Positions 9,273 to 19,915 of a stretch of 64,000 nt of DNA are shown here, one piece after another. The notes under the pieces are model-generated. The model saw nothing but the letters and a program-made list of their open reading frames with translations. It had not been told where the DNA came from and did not search any database. How positions within the stretch are numbered: the stretch's first letter is position 1; each line of letters begins with the position of its first letter. The translations under genes were made by a program, and so were the position numbers. The DNA is from Cenarchaeum sp. (GTDB lineage: Archaea; Thermoproteota; Nitrososphaeria; Nitrososphaerales; Nitrosopumilaceae): contig OZ242221.1 of assembly GCA_965206845.1 (NCBI GenBank), positions 1,472,001-1,536,000 of the forward strand, given 5' to 3'.

Positions 9273-9550
9273 TCACACATGCGCCTGCCGCCAGCCGGGC
9301 TCCACATCAGCTACCGGCACCAAGACATAGGCAGGCTGTGACGTGCCGTACCGGTCATCTAGATCAGCTACCCTAATCGGCGGTGTGTCCGCAGCTACCG
9401 CATCCTCCACACCGGAATGCTCAAGAAATGGCAGCATGTCAAGCTCCCGACCGGGCTCCTCTAGAACCTGTGCAATGACGATGAAGCCGAAGATAACCGA
9501 TGCGGCCGCCGGGATCAGGAACACCATGTATGCTGTGCCTTGAACCACGG
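9273..9550 (-). pseudogene. Probable degraded membrane-anchored thaumarchaeal protein gene
   Basis: TM segment VFLIPAAASVIFGFIVIAQV followed by a short region ending early. The ORF-track 5' extension is MITE sequence. Confidence 0.35.
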
Positions 9551-9636
9551 GCTTCTGCGCCTCCTGTTCCAATATATCTATTGTCAAGCGGCGCCGTGCA
9601 AGACTAGTCTCCTTTGGGCAGACAGCAAGAGAACAG

Positions 9637-9774
9637 AGATGTGATTCGTAATTAGCACGCAGGCACATTAGAGCACGATCTTTGGCATAATCATACGAAA
9701 GTTGCATGCTTTGGAGCACACATCTGTAAGATTATGGGCATCGAAGGCCCGATTCTTAATTGCGGATCATGTCT
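9637..9774. mobile_element. MITE family A (138 bp), 3-bp TSD CAG
   Basis: Imperfect TIRs AGATGTGATTCGTAATTA / TAATTGCGGATCATGTCT; near-identical copy at 59443..59580. Confidence 0.9.
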
Positions 9775-9910
9775 CAGGTTCCTGCGCTTGCACCCGTGAC
9801 GGTACTCTGCCGGTATGGTGTCTGTTGCAGTTAAAATTCATTGCAGGATGCCGCTTATGCTAAACCTGATCGAATAAGTTAAAATCTAGTTGACTATACA
9901 CAGTCATAGA

Positions 9911-12022
9911 ATGAGACTTCGAAGGTTTCGTGTCAGGGCATACCGCTGCATTCATGACTCGGGAATGATAACCGTGGGCGACTTGGCGGCGTTCGTAGGC
10001 AGAAACGAGAGCGGCAAGACCACGATCCTACAGGCGCTGACCCTTCTAAACAAGGACGAGAAGCTATCCGATCTTGACCTTTGTGATGAGATGTTCGACG
10101 AGCTCAAGCAAGAGATCAGAATTGTGGAGGGTGAGTTTGAGCTCAGTGACAACGAGACCGGCCTGATCAGGGAACACTTTCCAAACCTGCCCGAGCTGCA
10201 GAGGATAAAGATCTACCACACCAATACTAGTGATGCGACAGAGTATGACTTTGGCGACTACAGGATCGGTGACACGAAGAGGAGCAGCGTTAACGCGTGG
10301 GAGAACTTTAGGGCAAGCATCTTTGGCTTCCTTGACACCATACCCGGCCACATCGGGGTTCGGCTTGATACGAGGATCTTTGACGGCCCCATTCCGGCGC
10401 AGCAGGAGGTGTTTGACCGCCAGATGGCAGACTTTGACGCCCAGTTCCGTGCAATTGCGTCAGAGGAGCCACAGGTTGTGCATGAGTGGGAGAAGATCTA
10501 TGCCAGCCCGGAAGGCCGGTACGAAAACCTCATCCTGGGAACCTCAGACAGACAGGTTCTAGAGCGCTTTATCGGGACCAACCTCCATCCAAAGTTTGTA
10601 TACTTTTCTGAATACAAGAAGATCTACGGCAACATCAACCTCAACGAGTACCTCAAGGAGTCAAAGGGCGAGAGAAGGATGGGGATCGAGTACGTGGAGG
10701 AGTTTGACAAGGCCGAGACTGTGAGAAACCTGTTCTACCTTGCCGAGCTGGATGTGGAGGAGATGGAGACCATGCATGACAGCCCCTCGAGGCTGATCAA
10801 GTTTCTCAACACCGCGAGTAACAGGCTGACCCGCCGACTGAATCCCGTGTGGAAGGGCGACCCAATCCGCGTTGATCTCAGGTATCAGCCCGGGAACATA
10901 ATGAGCGTTGTAATATCGGATGTCCACGGGGACGGGACCATAACCAATACTGGACTGCTGAACAGAAGGGCAGAGGGCTTCAAGTGGACATTCTCGTTTA
11001 TTGTAAACTTTGCAGCAGAGACGCAGAGAGCCGAGCTCAAGGAGGCAATACTCCTCCTGGACGAGCCCGCAAGAAACCTGCACCCGACCCAGCAACGGGG
11101 AATCTCGGACCTGCTCAAGGCACTGGCCGGTTCCAACCAGGTGCTCTACGCTACACACTCGCCGTACATGATATTTGACTATACGCCGGGAAACCTGCTG
11201 GTGGTGGAGCTGGACAGAAGAAAGCACCTCAGCCGGATCTTTTACGACTACTGGAATGCCAAAGACAAGACCCTGGTGCCAATCCTCTACGGCCTGTCCA
11301 GGGGTCTGGTCCAGTCGATCATGGATAGCAGCATCGGATCCAACTCCCGGCCCGTAATCATAGTGGAGACCATGAGGGACAGCATGTACCTGAACGCCTT
11401 TGACAAACTCGTTCAGGATCCGAACATCTCCATGAATCCGCTGAACATAGTGCCGGCGTTTGACAAAAACTCGGTGCTTCCGTTGGCCATATTCTACCGG
11501 AATCACAGATACCGCACGTTCGTACTGCTGGACAACAGCGAGGAGTCAAAGCATATATCTACCAGGCTTGCCGCAAACAAATTCTTCCCGGAGCAGATCA
11601 TATTCTTTGAGAAGGACGGCCAGCCGGCCCAATCCATAGAGGACTACATGGCGACCGAGGACTACGTTTATGCGGTCAATCAAACCTACGGCGTCAAGCT
11701 CAGGTACGAGGGATACGTCGGCCTCACTGAAGAGGCGGTATTGGAGAAGACGCACCCCGGCATTGTCGAGAATCTTGGCGCCATATGGTCCGAGCACAGC
11801 GCGGCCGAGTGGGGCAGGTTCGACAGCGAGGAGATCGCAAGGTACATCTGCGACAAGATTCTTCTTGAAGAGACCGAGTTTCTCTCCGACAGCACCAAAG
11901 ACAACTTCAGGCACCTGTACCGGCTGATTATGGAGCGAATCAGGCAGTATCAGAATATGACCGCGGCAGAGAGATCAACGCGTTTGGACTACAGCTATGG
12001 CAACGTCAGGACGGGTATGTAG
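9911..12022 (+). CDS. OLD-family-like ABC ATPase with C-terminal TOPRIM-like domain
   Basis: AYRCIHD, Walker A GRNESGKT, Walker B LLLDEPARNLHP, H-loop YATHSP, then IIVE..D and LLDN motifs. Confidence 0.8.
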   Translation: MRLRRFRVRAYRCIHDSGMITVGDLAAFVGRNESGKTTILQALTLLNKDEKLSDLDLCDEMFDELKQEIRIVEGEFELSDNETGLIREHFPNLPELQRIKIYHTNTSDATEYDFGDYRIGDTKRSSVNAWENFRASIFGFLDTIPGHIGVRLDTRIFDGPIPAQQEVFDRQMADFDAQFRAIASEEPQVVHEWEKIYASPEGRYENLILGTSDRQVLERFIGTNLHPKFVYFSEYKKIYGNINLNEYLKESKGERRMGIEYVEEFDKAETVRNLFYLAELDVEEMETMHDSPSRLIKFLNTASNRLTRRLNPVWKGDPIRVDLRYQPGNIMSVVISDVHGDGTITNTGLLNRRAEGFKWTFSFIVNFAAETQRAELKEAILLLDEPARNLHPTQQRGISDLLKALAGSNQVLYATHSPYMIFDYTPGNLLVVELDRRKHLSRIFYDYWNAKDKTLVPILYGLSRGLVQSIMDSSIGSNSRPVIIVETMRDSMYLNAFDKLVQDPNISMNPLNIVPAFDKNSVLPLAIFYRNHRYRTFVLLDNSEESKHISTRLAANKFFPEQIIFFEKDGQPAQSIEDYMATEDYVYAVNQTYGVKLRYEGYVGLTEEAVLEKTHPGIVENLGAIWSEHSAAEWGRFDSEEIARYICDKILLEETEFLSDSTKDNFRHLYRLIMERIRQYQNMTAAERSTRLDYSYGNVRTGM

Positions 12023-12076
12023 GGGTATGCCCACGTGCGCCATGATGTGTAATTCTACTCTGGAGCGTGCAGGGGA

Positions 12077-14272
12077 GTGATGCACATGCGTTTCTCTGTG
12101 GTGACATCCGCCTTGGTTGTGCTACTGGCATCCGGACTGTTCCTTGCCGGCGCCGCCGCGCAGTCGTCGATCACGGTGCAGAGCACCGGCCTGGGCATGA
12201 ACAACCTCATCGAGTTTGATAACGCGGGGGCCGACGATATCTCAACGATCAGAATGTGGCTGTCCGGCGGAGCCAGCTTTACGTCCTTTAAGACGGAGGG
12301 CGGCTGGTCCGGTGAGAAGAACAGCGTGGGCGTGTTGGTGTTCACGGCAGACACCCCGCTCCAGGCGGGCGAGTCCGTAAGGTTTGCCGTCTATACCGAT
12401 GTCGAAGGTCCCTCGGTAAACTGGAAGGCAGTTGATGCGGACGGCAACGACATAGCGTCGGGACTGGAGAGAGTGCAGGGCCCGTCTGCCCCACCGACCA
12501 CGCAGACCCCACCGACCACGCAGACCCCACCGACCACGCAGACCCCACCGACCACGCAGACCCCACCGCCAAGTGCCATAACATCCACACTCAGATCGAC
12601 CCCGTCAGATCCCGGCATCGGATCCTCCGTCAGGATCATCGGCGAAGACTTTGTCGCCGGCCAGAGCCTTGAGGTATTCTTGGACGGCGTAAAGCTTGGC
12701 TCCTCATTTGAGAGCGGCGCCGACGGGGACTTTGTAATTACCAGAACGGTTCCCGCATCCGAGTCTGCAGGCAGCGCCACGCTCGTTATCAGGGGTGACC
12801 AAGTCGATCTGGCAGACTCCGCAATCACAATCACTGACACAAAGAGGCCCGAATCAAGACCGGTACAAAGCGTTGCAGTGGCGCGGCTGATGGTAAACCA
12901 GGTTCCGGCATCGGTGGAGCAGGGTGACGCAATCTCGGTCTCTGGAACCGGGGAGCCTGGGGCGTGGGTCAAATACGACCTCGCAGGTGACGACGGCAGC
13001 CTGCTGACCACGGGAGTGGAGAACATAGACTCGGCCGGATCCTGGAGGTTGGAGACGGTCATTCCGCACCAGGCATCGGCCGGTGGGTACTCCTTGGACG
13101 CGACCGACGGCAGGACAGACCTCACACGAAATCTGAAGATCGTCTCGGTCCTGATGATAGAGATTGAGCCGACCAAGGATCGGTTCTCGCCAGGCCAGAA
13201 CATCACGTTTACAGGCACCGTGGATGCCAACCGGTCGGTGGACGCAATCCTGGTGGATTCCCGAGGCACGGAGGTCATGCACAGAACCATCCAGGCAGAC
13301 AAAAACGGTGCCATATCATTCGGGTATACCACCAGGTCCAACAATCCGACGGGAACCTACACCCTGATCATCATGCAGGACTCCGCTGTGGCGACGACCA
13401 TTGTGGGCCTCGGGGAGAACCCGACAAGCAGGGCAATCGTGGTGCTTGATGCGGTAAGCTATAGATCCAGCGACACGCTCACGGCGCTCATCATCGGAGA
13501 ACCGGGCTCGATTGTGTCACTGGCGGTCTTTGATGATGTCAACGACCAGTCCAGAGATATCGGCCAGGGCAGAAACCAACCAGACCCGACCGTCAATATC
13601 GGCCCCGGCGGTACTGCAAAGTACACGCTGAGTCTGAACAGGTTCAACACCGGAGAGTATGAAGTCGTGGTGAGATGGGCTAACCAGGAGCACGGGGACA
13701 AGTTTGTGGTAGATCCGCGAACGCCCACAGAGCTTACCGTCAATGTTCGCAACAAGCCCTACACATTCGGCGAGGATATCCTGGTCAGGGTGAACACGAA
13801 TGTAGCGTATGCCGCAATTACTCTAAAGCTCACTGATCCCGACGGCAACGTGGTGACAGATCTGGAAACATTCACAGACAGAAACGATGGCAGCACCACG
13901 CTGCTACGCATCCCAACGGGCGCGCAGGAGGGCCAGTGGAAGCTGGTGGTAAAGGGCGGCTCGCAGACCGACACCAAGAGCATACAGGTGGTTGAGGAAG
14001 TGCGCGAGGGGCTCCATGTCGAGTTCGTTGAGTGCCAGAGCGGCATTCTATTCTTCCAAGGCTCCGGTGCGGGCCGCGGCGTGTCTGACGATATTACAGC
14101 AGTGGCAACGGACAGCGACGGCAATGAAATCGCCCGTTCCACCACCACTTATCTGAGCGACGGCACGTTCCAGATCCCCCTACCGGGTGAGAACTTTGAA
14201 TCCGGAGACTACACGTTAGAAGTCAACGATGGCCGAAATAAGGCATCGACCACGTTTAACTCGTCTTGTTAG
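12077..14272 (+). CDS. Large secreted/surface protein with Ig-like beta domains and a Pro/Thr linker
   Basis: N-terminal signal peptide, beta-rich composition, PPTTQT repeats. Confidence 0.75.
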   Translation: MMHMRFSVVTSALVVLLASGLFLAGAAAQSSITVQSTGLGMNNLIEFDNAGADDISTIRMWLSGGASFTSFKTEGGWSGEKNSVGVLVFTADTPLQAGESVRFAVYTDVEGPSVNWKAVDADGNDIASGLERVQGPSAPPTTQTPPTTQTPPTTQTPPTTQTPPPSAITSTLRSTPSDPGIGSSVRIIGEDFVAGQSLEVFLDGVKLGSSFESGADGDFVITRTVPASESAGSATLVIRGDQVDLADSAITITDTKRPESRPVQSVAVARLMVNQVPASVEQGDAISVSGTGEPGAWVKYDLAGDDGSLLTTGVENIDSAGSWRLETVIPHQASAGGYSLDATDGRTDLTRNLKIVSVLMIEIEPTKDRFSPGQNITFTGTVDANRSVDAILVDSRGTEVMHRTIQADKNGAISFGYTTRSNNPTGTYTLIIMQDSAVATTIVGLGENPTSRAIVVLDAVSYRSSDTLTALIIGEPGSIVSLAVFDDVNDQSRDIGQGRNQPDPTVNIGPGGTAKYTLSLNRFNTGEYEVVVRWANQEHGDKFVVDPRTPTELTVNVRNKPYTFGEDILVRVNTNVAYAAITLKLTDPDGNVVTDLETFTDRNDGSTTLLRIPTGAQEGQWKLVVKGGSQTDTKSIQVVEEVREGLHVEFVECQSGILFFQGSGAGRGVSDDITAVATDSDGNEIARSTTTYLSDGTFQIPLPGENFESGDYTLEVNDGRNKASTTFNSSC
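12491..12568 (+). repeat. ~4 x 18-bp tandem repeat encoding PPTTQT
   Basis: ccaccgaccacgcagacc repeated. Confidence 0.9.
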
Positions 14273-14587
14273 CTGCGACAAGGATGGCTTGCCTTGTTGC
14301 CTGACGGCCTAGGTGTTATGTGGGCCAAGTCTACCGCATGACATGAATGCCGTCAGAATCAATCATGCCGGTGGCCTGCGGCCGGCAGCCGAGCTCTGCG
14401 TGCATGCTGGCGCCGTGTAACGGCTCAACCTGGGGAACCCGTCCTGCCAGACGACAATGGATGCTTACAGGGCCGGCGTATGCCGGCTGGATGTGGCCAG
14501 CAGGAACCACAGCCAGGATCGGCACGCACGGAAAGGATCGTACGGATATGGAATAATTTTTATCCGCTTGCATTTGCGTTCCGTTTG

Positions 14588-15112
14588 TTGAACCTGAAGG
14601 GCCTGATAGACGAGTTTCCCGACTTTCCAAAGAAGGGGGTCCTGTTCAGGGATTTTGGCCCCGTTCTCCGGGATCCCGAGGCGCTGGAGTCGCTGGCAGA
14701 CGGGCTGTCGGCACACTTTTCTCCCGATGACGTGGATCTCTTTGCGGGCATCGAGTCGCGGGGATTCATACTTGCATGCGCCATGGCGCTCAAGCACAAA
14801 AAGGGCATGGTTCTTGTGCGCAAGACAGGAAAGCTGCCCGGGAAAACGGCCAAGGCATCATACACGGTTGAGTACGGCCAGGACACCATGGAGATTCAGA
14901 GACACGCAATAGCCAGGGGCCAGCGCGTGATGATCTGTGACGACCTCCTGGCAACGGGGGGAACCGCGGCCGCCGCTGCCAGCCTGGTGGAGGAGGTGGG
15001 CGGCAGTGTAGCGGGATTTCTGTTCATTATCGAGCTTGCCGGACTTGGGGGCGCAGAGAGGATCAAGGGATACTGCCACGAGTCGCTGGTGGAGTACCGG
15101 GCGGAGGAATGA
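14588..15112 (+). CDS. apt: Adenine phosphoribosyltransferase
   Basis: [27 protein letters not shown] and [11 protein letters not shown] motifs. Confidence 0.95.
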   Translation: MNLKGLIDEFPDFPKKGVLFRDFGPVLRDPEALESLADGLSAHFSPDDVDLFAGIESRGFILACAMALKHKKGMVLVRKTGKLPGKTAKASYTVEYGQDTMEIQRHAIARGQRVMICDDLLATGGTAAAAASLVEEVGGSVAGFLFIIELAGLGGAERIKGYCHESLVEYRAEE

Positions 15113-15128
15113 ACCGGAGGCGCGGGAC

Positions 15129-15938
15129 ATGACCGTCCCTGATGCAGACAGGGCCGAGGTGGCAGTCTTTGGCGGCACGGGAATGTACGACTCGGGGCTG
15201 CTGGAGGACGCAAGGGAGATCAACGTAAAGACGCCCTACGGGGAGACATCAGACTCGATAACCACGGGCGTGTTCCGGGGGCGCAGGGTAGCGTTCATGC
15301 CCAGGCATGGAAGACGCCACACCATACCGCCGCACCTGATCAACTTCCGGGCAAACATATGGGCGTTCCGGGAGATGGGTGTAAAGAGAATAATCTCGCC
15401 GTCCGCGGTGGGCAGCCTCAGGGAAGGCATAGCCCCCGGGGACTTTGTGATTCCCTCGCAGTTTCTGGACTTTACAAAGTCCAGGAAGGGCTCGTTCTCC
15501 GAGAACGGCAGGGTGATCCACATCTCAGTGGCGGATCCCTTCTGTCCCCAGCTGCAGGATGTGGTGCTCGGGGCAGCGCAGGGCAGCGGCGTCAGGGTTC
15601 ACCGGGACACCACGTACGTCTGCATCGAGGGGCCGCGGTTCTCCACCCGGGCGGAGTCTAGGTTCTTTCGCGGCACGGGGGCCGACGTAATCGGCATGAC
15701 CCTGGTTCCCGAGTGCCAGCTGGCAAGGGAGGCCCAGATGTGCTACGCATCCATCTCTGCCGTGACAGACTATGACGTCTGGGCCGACAGGCCGGTGACC
15801 GCCAGGGATGTCCAAGATACGCTGGCAGGCAACGTGGAGAGCATAAAGAGGATCCTCACAAGGGCGATAGGTGACATCCCCGCAGAGAGGTCGTGCCGCT
15901 GCGAGGCGGCCCTCTCCGAGGCCGAGTTCTCTGCGTAG
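15129..15938 (+). CDS. mtnP: S-methyl-5'-thioadenosine phosphorylase
   Basis: [32 protein letters not shown] and VTDYD motifs. Confidence 0.93.
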   Translation: MTVPDADRAEVAVFGGTGMYDSGLLEDAREINVKTPYGETSDSITTGVFRGRRVAFMPRHGRRHTIPPHLINFRANIWAFREMGVKRIISPSAVGSLREGIAPGDFVIPSQFLDFTKSRKGSFSENGRVIHISVADPFCPQLQDVVLGAAQGSGVRVHRDTTYVCIEGPRFSTRAESRFFRGTGADVIGMTLVPECQLAREAQMCYASISAVTDYDVWADRPVTARDVQDTLAGNVESIKRILTRAIGDIPAERSCRCEAALSEAEFSA

Positions 15939-15953
15939 CGCGCGGCCGCCCAG

Positions 15954-16241
15954 TCAGGTCCCGTCGACAAACGAGTTTTTTGTGATGTTGTCGGGGATTG
16001 TGAGGTCGCCTTGCAGGAGGCTCCGCTGCAGCACCAGTATGATCTCCTCTGGGTCGTGGCCCAGGCCGGCCAGCTGCTTCTGCGTGGCCCTGGATATCTT
16101 TGCTCCCACGTTCTGGCCGCCGATGCGCCCAAACGCGATTGCCGTAAACCGGAACGTGTGCTCGCCTACGGTGAACCTCCCGGTTATCTTGGCTGCCATC
16201 TGGCTGCCGCGGACGCTGTTTATGTGCACCTTGAGGTTCAA
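15954..16241 (-). CDS. Hypothetical protein
   Basis: Compact ORF in an overlapping minus-strand run; FTAIAFGRIGGQN. Confidence 0.7.
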   Translation of the reverse strand: MNLKVHINSVRGSQMAAKITGRFTVGEHTFRFTAIAFGRIGGQNVGAKISRATQKQLAGLGHDPEEIILVLQRSLLQGDLTIPDNITKNSFVDGT

Positions 16242-16642
16242 CCGGATATCTCAACTGCCCGGTTTACGTTGTCATCGACAAGAAAGCTCCAGTGGTGGTC
16301 GTCCTTTACTGCATAGTCCTCCACGTCCAGGGAGATTACCCTCTCGCCCAGGCACTCGTGCCTTGCCGGCGCGTCACGCTTTAGCCGGGCCAGCCGCCAC
16401 CGATCCCTGTCCTTTTGCAGCCTGCAGACGGTTACGGCCCACTTCTCATCGGGCTCGATCTTGGGCATGCCGACTATGTCGGCGATGGCCTCTATTCCCA
16501 GCTGCTTCTCCTCGCAGAACTTCTTCCTACATGCCCCGCAGCGCCATACGTCTACTGACCCGATGGTCCTCTCGTCTATGTTGATGTTGATCACGCCAAA
16601 GTACACCGGCTGGTGCTTGCAGGACTCTGTATCTGCCATCAT
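16238..16642 (-). CDS. Hypothetical protein with CxxC zinc motif
   Basis: CKH...WRCGACRKKFC; 4-nt overlaps with its neighbours. Confidence 0.75.
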   Translation of the reverse strand: MMADTESCKHQPVYFGVININIDERTIGSVDVWRCGACRKKFCEEKQLGIEAIADIVGMPKIEPDEKWAVTVCRLQKDRDRWRLARLKRDAPARHECLGERVISLDVEDYAVKDDHHWSFLVDDNVNRAVEISG

Positions 16643-17028
16643 CTACTCCCCACCTGCCCGACCTTATTTATTCTTGCAGAGTCGTAGTGCCGCTCCAGGA
16701 CCACGCCGATGCCGTCCACTGCCTTGTTGCGCCCGAACTTCAGGCCCTTCTGCATGCACATCCTCCTGTACATGTTGACCGCGGTAAAGCGCGGGTGCAT
16801 GGCCTCAAACTCGGTGGCCGACATGGCGATAAAGGCGCCCAGCTGCACCATCCTCTCACACAGCCTGATGCACTCGGCCTCGGGCAGGCCCATCCGTTCC
16901 GAGATCTTCCCTGCCGGCATCGGACCCTCCACCGTAATCAGCAGGTACAGTCCGGCCTCTTGCGGGTCAAGCCCCACCTCTGAGATCAGCACCTGTCTGA
17001 TCTGCTGCAGGCCGGCAGGTCCGGTCAT
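16639..17028 (-). CDS. TrmB-like winged-HTH protein
   Basis: GLDPQEAGLYLLI..EGPM.A.KISE.MG pattern. Confidence 0.7.
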   Translation of the reverse strand: MTGPAGLQQIRQVLISEVGLDPQEAGLYLLITVEGPMPAGKISERMGLPEAECIRLCERMVQLGAFIAMSATEFEAMHPRFTAVNMYRRMCMQKGLKFGRNKAVDGIGVVLERHYDSARINKVGQVGSR

Positions 17029-17249
17029 GCCTTGGCGCCGCCGACAAAGAACTTTTTGATGATCTTCAGCGAGAGTACCATGCTCACAAAGTGCACGGCG
17101 GCGCCTATTATGGCCGCCTGTATCAGGTCTCCAAGCACCAGCCATCCGACGAAAAAGGCCGCAAGGGACGGCGCCGTGATTACCATCGCAATTACCGTTC
17201 CCCGGATGATGATCTTTCTCCTTGTAATGCCGGGGGTTTTGTCGGTCAA
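17025..17249 (-). CDS. Small two-TM membrane protein
   Basis: Two hydrophobic segments; TTG start at 17249; overlaps the next gene. Confidence 0.65.
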   Translation of the reverse strand: MTDKTPGITRRKIIIRGTVIAMVITAPSLAAFFVGWLVLGDLIQAAIIGAAVHFVSMVLSLKIIKKFFVGGAKA

Positions 17250-17399
17250 CGGTATACTTGCGTCACGTGCAGGTAATAAAAACCAAATATGCCAGATGCG
17301 GCCGCCGGGACAGGCACCGCACATTCTCTTTCATTGGGTTCTGCGGCCGGCCGGATCACAGGCTGCGCGCCTGGACTGCCAGGAGCAGGATGTGGCTGC

Positions 17400-18605
17400 C
17401 TACCGCAGGCCCAGACCCGCCCGGAACTCCTCGCTCCACTTGGTGTAGGCGCGAATCATCTCGGCCGAGACGCTGGGCTTCCTTCCAGTCATGATCTCCC
17501 TAAAGTCGTTCATGTTGAGGTCCCTTGGCTGGGGCGCCTCCCCGCAGTCGACATCGTTCTGGTAGTTGGGTGAGTTGAACAGCTCGTGCACCGTCTTTAG
17601 CTGCGCCGACTGGCACACGTCCTTGATGTCGCTGGCGCTGTACCCCTCAAAGAGCCTTGCCAGAATCTGGGCCTTCACCCTCAGGTCCTTTTTTAGCGGT
17701 GACGTGTACATCTCAAACAGGTTCTGCCTTGCCTCCAGCGTGGGCAGCTGGACGTAGATTCTCTGCTGGAACCTCCTGAGGAACGGCCAGTCGAGGCTCC
17801 AAGGCTTGTTCGTCGCGCCGATAACGTACATCTTCAGATCCTTGCCCTTGTCGTTGACGCCGTCCATCTCGGCTAGGACCTGGTTCTTTATCCTGGTCTC
17901 GCCCCCCACCTCGGAGCTGCGCGATCCCAGCAGCGAGTCGATCTCGTCTATGAATATGATTACGGGCTTGCCCTCCTTCTCGGTGTATGCACGCGCCATG
18001 CCAAACAGCTTTGCGACGTTCTTTTCTGCCTCGCCAAGCCACTTGCTCATCATCGAGGCCGCGTCCACATTGATAAAGTAGCCGTCAATCTCACTGGCAG
18101 TAGCCGCGGCAAGTATGGTCTTGCCGCATCCGGGCGGGCCGTACAGAAGCAGTCCGCGCGGCCACCCCAGCGGAAACAGATCCGGCCTCTTGGTGGGATA
18201 CACGATGGACACCCTCAGCGCATTCTTGACGTCGTCCAGGCCAACCACCTCATTCCAGCTGACGTTGGGCTTTTCCTTCATTACCAGCTCGTCAAAGTCG
18301 TTGGCGCCCCGCTGCTTGCTTATTGATCTCTTCTGCTCCTCTGGCGACGCATTGGGATCGGCCACCGGCTCGACGCCGTGGGCCTTTTGCAGCATCTTGA
18401 TTCTGTCCTGGTACGACACGGTGCGCCCCCTGTAGAGCGAGTTCAGCCTGCTGGACGGGTACAGCCGTATCAGCTTTACAAGGGCGTCTATTGCCTTTTG
18501 GTAGTTTGTGATTGCCATGCCCCGCGCCCCCTGGGAGTCAAACCGTATGGCGGTGGACGCGTGCTTGCTTGCCATATTTTCCAATTCCTGCGGTGCCTGA
18601 CTCAT
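17400..18605 (-). CDS. cdvC: Vps4-like AAA ATPase CdvC (MIT + AAA)
   Basis: N-terminal MIT-like helices, GPPGCGKT, SKWLGEAEK, FIDEID and ATNKPWSLD..FLRRF motifs. Confidence 0.92.
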   Translation of the reverse strand: MSQAPQELENMASKHASTAIRFDSQGARGMAITNYQKAIDALVKLIRLYPSSRLNSLYRGRTVSYQDRIKMLQKAHGVEPVADPNASPEEQKRSISKQRGANDFDELVMKEKPNVSWNEVVGLDDVKNALRVSIVYPTKRPDLFPLGWPRGLLLYGPPGCGKTILAAATASEIDGYFINVDAASMMSKWLGEAEKNVAKLFGMARAYTEKEGKPVIIFIDEIDSLLGSRSSEVGGETRIKNQVLAEMDGVNDKGKDLKMYVIGATNKPWSLDWPFLRRFQQRIYVQLPTLEARQNLFEMYTSPLKKDLRVKAQILARLFEGYSASDIKDVCQSAQLKTVHELFNSPNYQNDVDCGEAPQPRDLNMNDFREIMTGRKPSVSAEMIRAYTKWSEEFRAGLGLR

Positions 18606-18646
18606 TCTAACTAACCTTCAACCACTGCTGTAAAATTTTATTGGTA

Positions 18647-19075
18647 TTATGGAGTGTATACAGGTATAGAAGATTTTGTCAAATTATTTCCACCATCCTC
18701 TGCCCTGCTGCCTGCATCCACCGAGTAGTCGTTGATGACCCGGGACCGCAGATCCTTGATGTCATCCACGGCCCTCTTGACCGACAGCATCATCTCCATC
18801 ACCTCGTCGTCAATCTCGTCCATTGACGCGCCCGACTCCTCCAGTATGTCGATCAGCTCTGCGAGCAGCAGGCGGACCTGCCTCTTGTGCTCGTACTTGT
18901 AGTGGATGTGGCGGGCCATCTGCAGGATCTGGCTGACATCCTTCAGCTCCTCGCCGCTGAGCCTCTCTATGTGGGCGTCATGTCCAGGATCGAGCCGCGC
19001 CTCCACCAGGGAGGACAGGCGGCGTATCCTGTCTACGCGCGCGCCGTGGCTGGCATCCTCTTTGAACAGCTTCAA
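18647..19075 (-). CDS. Hypothetical helical/coiled-coil protein between cdvB-like and cdvC
   Basis: Acidic helical ORF overlapping the upstream gene. Confidence 0.7.
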   Translation of the reverse strand: MKLFKEDASHGARVDRIRRLSSLVEARLDPGHDAHIERLSGEELKDVSQILQMARHIHYKYEHKRQVRLLLAELIDILEESGASMDEIDDEVMEMMLSVKRAVDDIKDLRSRVINDYSVDAGSRAEDGGNNLTKSSIPVYTP

Positions 19076-19617
19076 ACGGTGTCTTTTGCACAGGTGTATA
19101 GATTAGGATGAAGCTTGTTTATTTTAGAGTCCGCTATCAACTTTGCTTCATTCAGTATCCGGGCGGACTCGCAGTTTGCAAGCTGCAGGTTGAACCTTGC
19201 GCCGATTATGGCTCCAGAGTCCATCACAACGCCACCCAGAGTGGAGGATGCAAGGTACAGGTCCATGCTCAGGTGCGGCATCGTGCGGAGCAGGCCGGAG
19301 CCTACGGCCCTGATCACCGGTATCAGCGGCGGCGCCCCTGCCGCAATGCTTGCCATGCTTGAAAGCGAGCCCAGTCTCTCCGTGACCTGCGTCAGCGATT
19401 CGATTGCGGCAGATACGGCCTTCTCGCGCTCGAGCTGCTCTGCCTGGCGCTCGTCGTACCTGTCAGAGCCTGCCAGCCGGTCGTTCTCCTGCTTGATGAG
19501 CTTCCTCTTGCAGCGCAGCTCCTTGAGTGCGGCGCCGGTCAGGGATACGACAAGCTCCAGCCTGGGCATTACGGAGAGCCTGCGGGCCGGTTCGGCGCCC
19601 ATCTGTTCTTGCATCAT
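19072..19617 (-). CDS. Divergent CdvB/ESCRT-III (Snf7)-like protein
   Basis: Helical hairpin plus LIPVIRAV..L...MP...L...SSTLG.VVMDSG and ESARILNEAK..A..KI...HPNL resembling thaumarchaeal CdvB; adjacent to cdvC. Confidence 0.65.
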   Translation of the reverse strand: MMQEQMGAEPARRLSVMPRLELVVSLTGAALKELRCKRKLIKQENDRLAGSDRYDERQAEQLEREKAVSAAIESLTQVTERLGSLSSMASIAAGAPPLIPVIRAVGSGLLRTMPHLSMDLYLASSTLGGVVMDSGAIIGARFNLQLANCESARILNEAKLIADSKINKLHPNLYTCAKDTV

Positions 19618-19915
19618 GTAGGGATTGGATCAAATTTTGATATTTGAGCGCCCTGTATTTCCGCTGGCGTTAACCGCAGTAACAGACCCCCGTAGATACA
19701 CCATCCGCTCCGGCTTGGAGTCTGCGGCCGCCGGCGCGCATGTGCCCTCTGCTGCGGGACGGTTCCGGACTTGGGACGGTTCCATACGGCAGAGTCCTGC
19801 CTTCCACATATCCTGGCGCGCTGTGAGCCCGTGCGCATTCCGGGCCTTTTGCCCCATACCTTCATCAGGCGGTTGCGCACAACTGCTATCTATGCCGGAG
19901 CCGCACGGTGTGAAC

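Noticed and set aside
9560-9719. Shared N-terminus MLQSMQLSYDYAKDRAL in ORFs at 9719 and 59525
   Set aside because: Both are translations of MITE A, not a protein family.
14273-14560. Several short inverted repeats after the surface-protein gene (possible ncRNA or riboswitch before apt)
   Set aside because: The stems are short and expected by chance at this GC content; no known aptamer motif was recognised.
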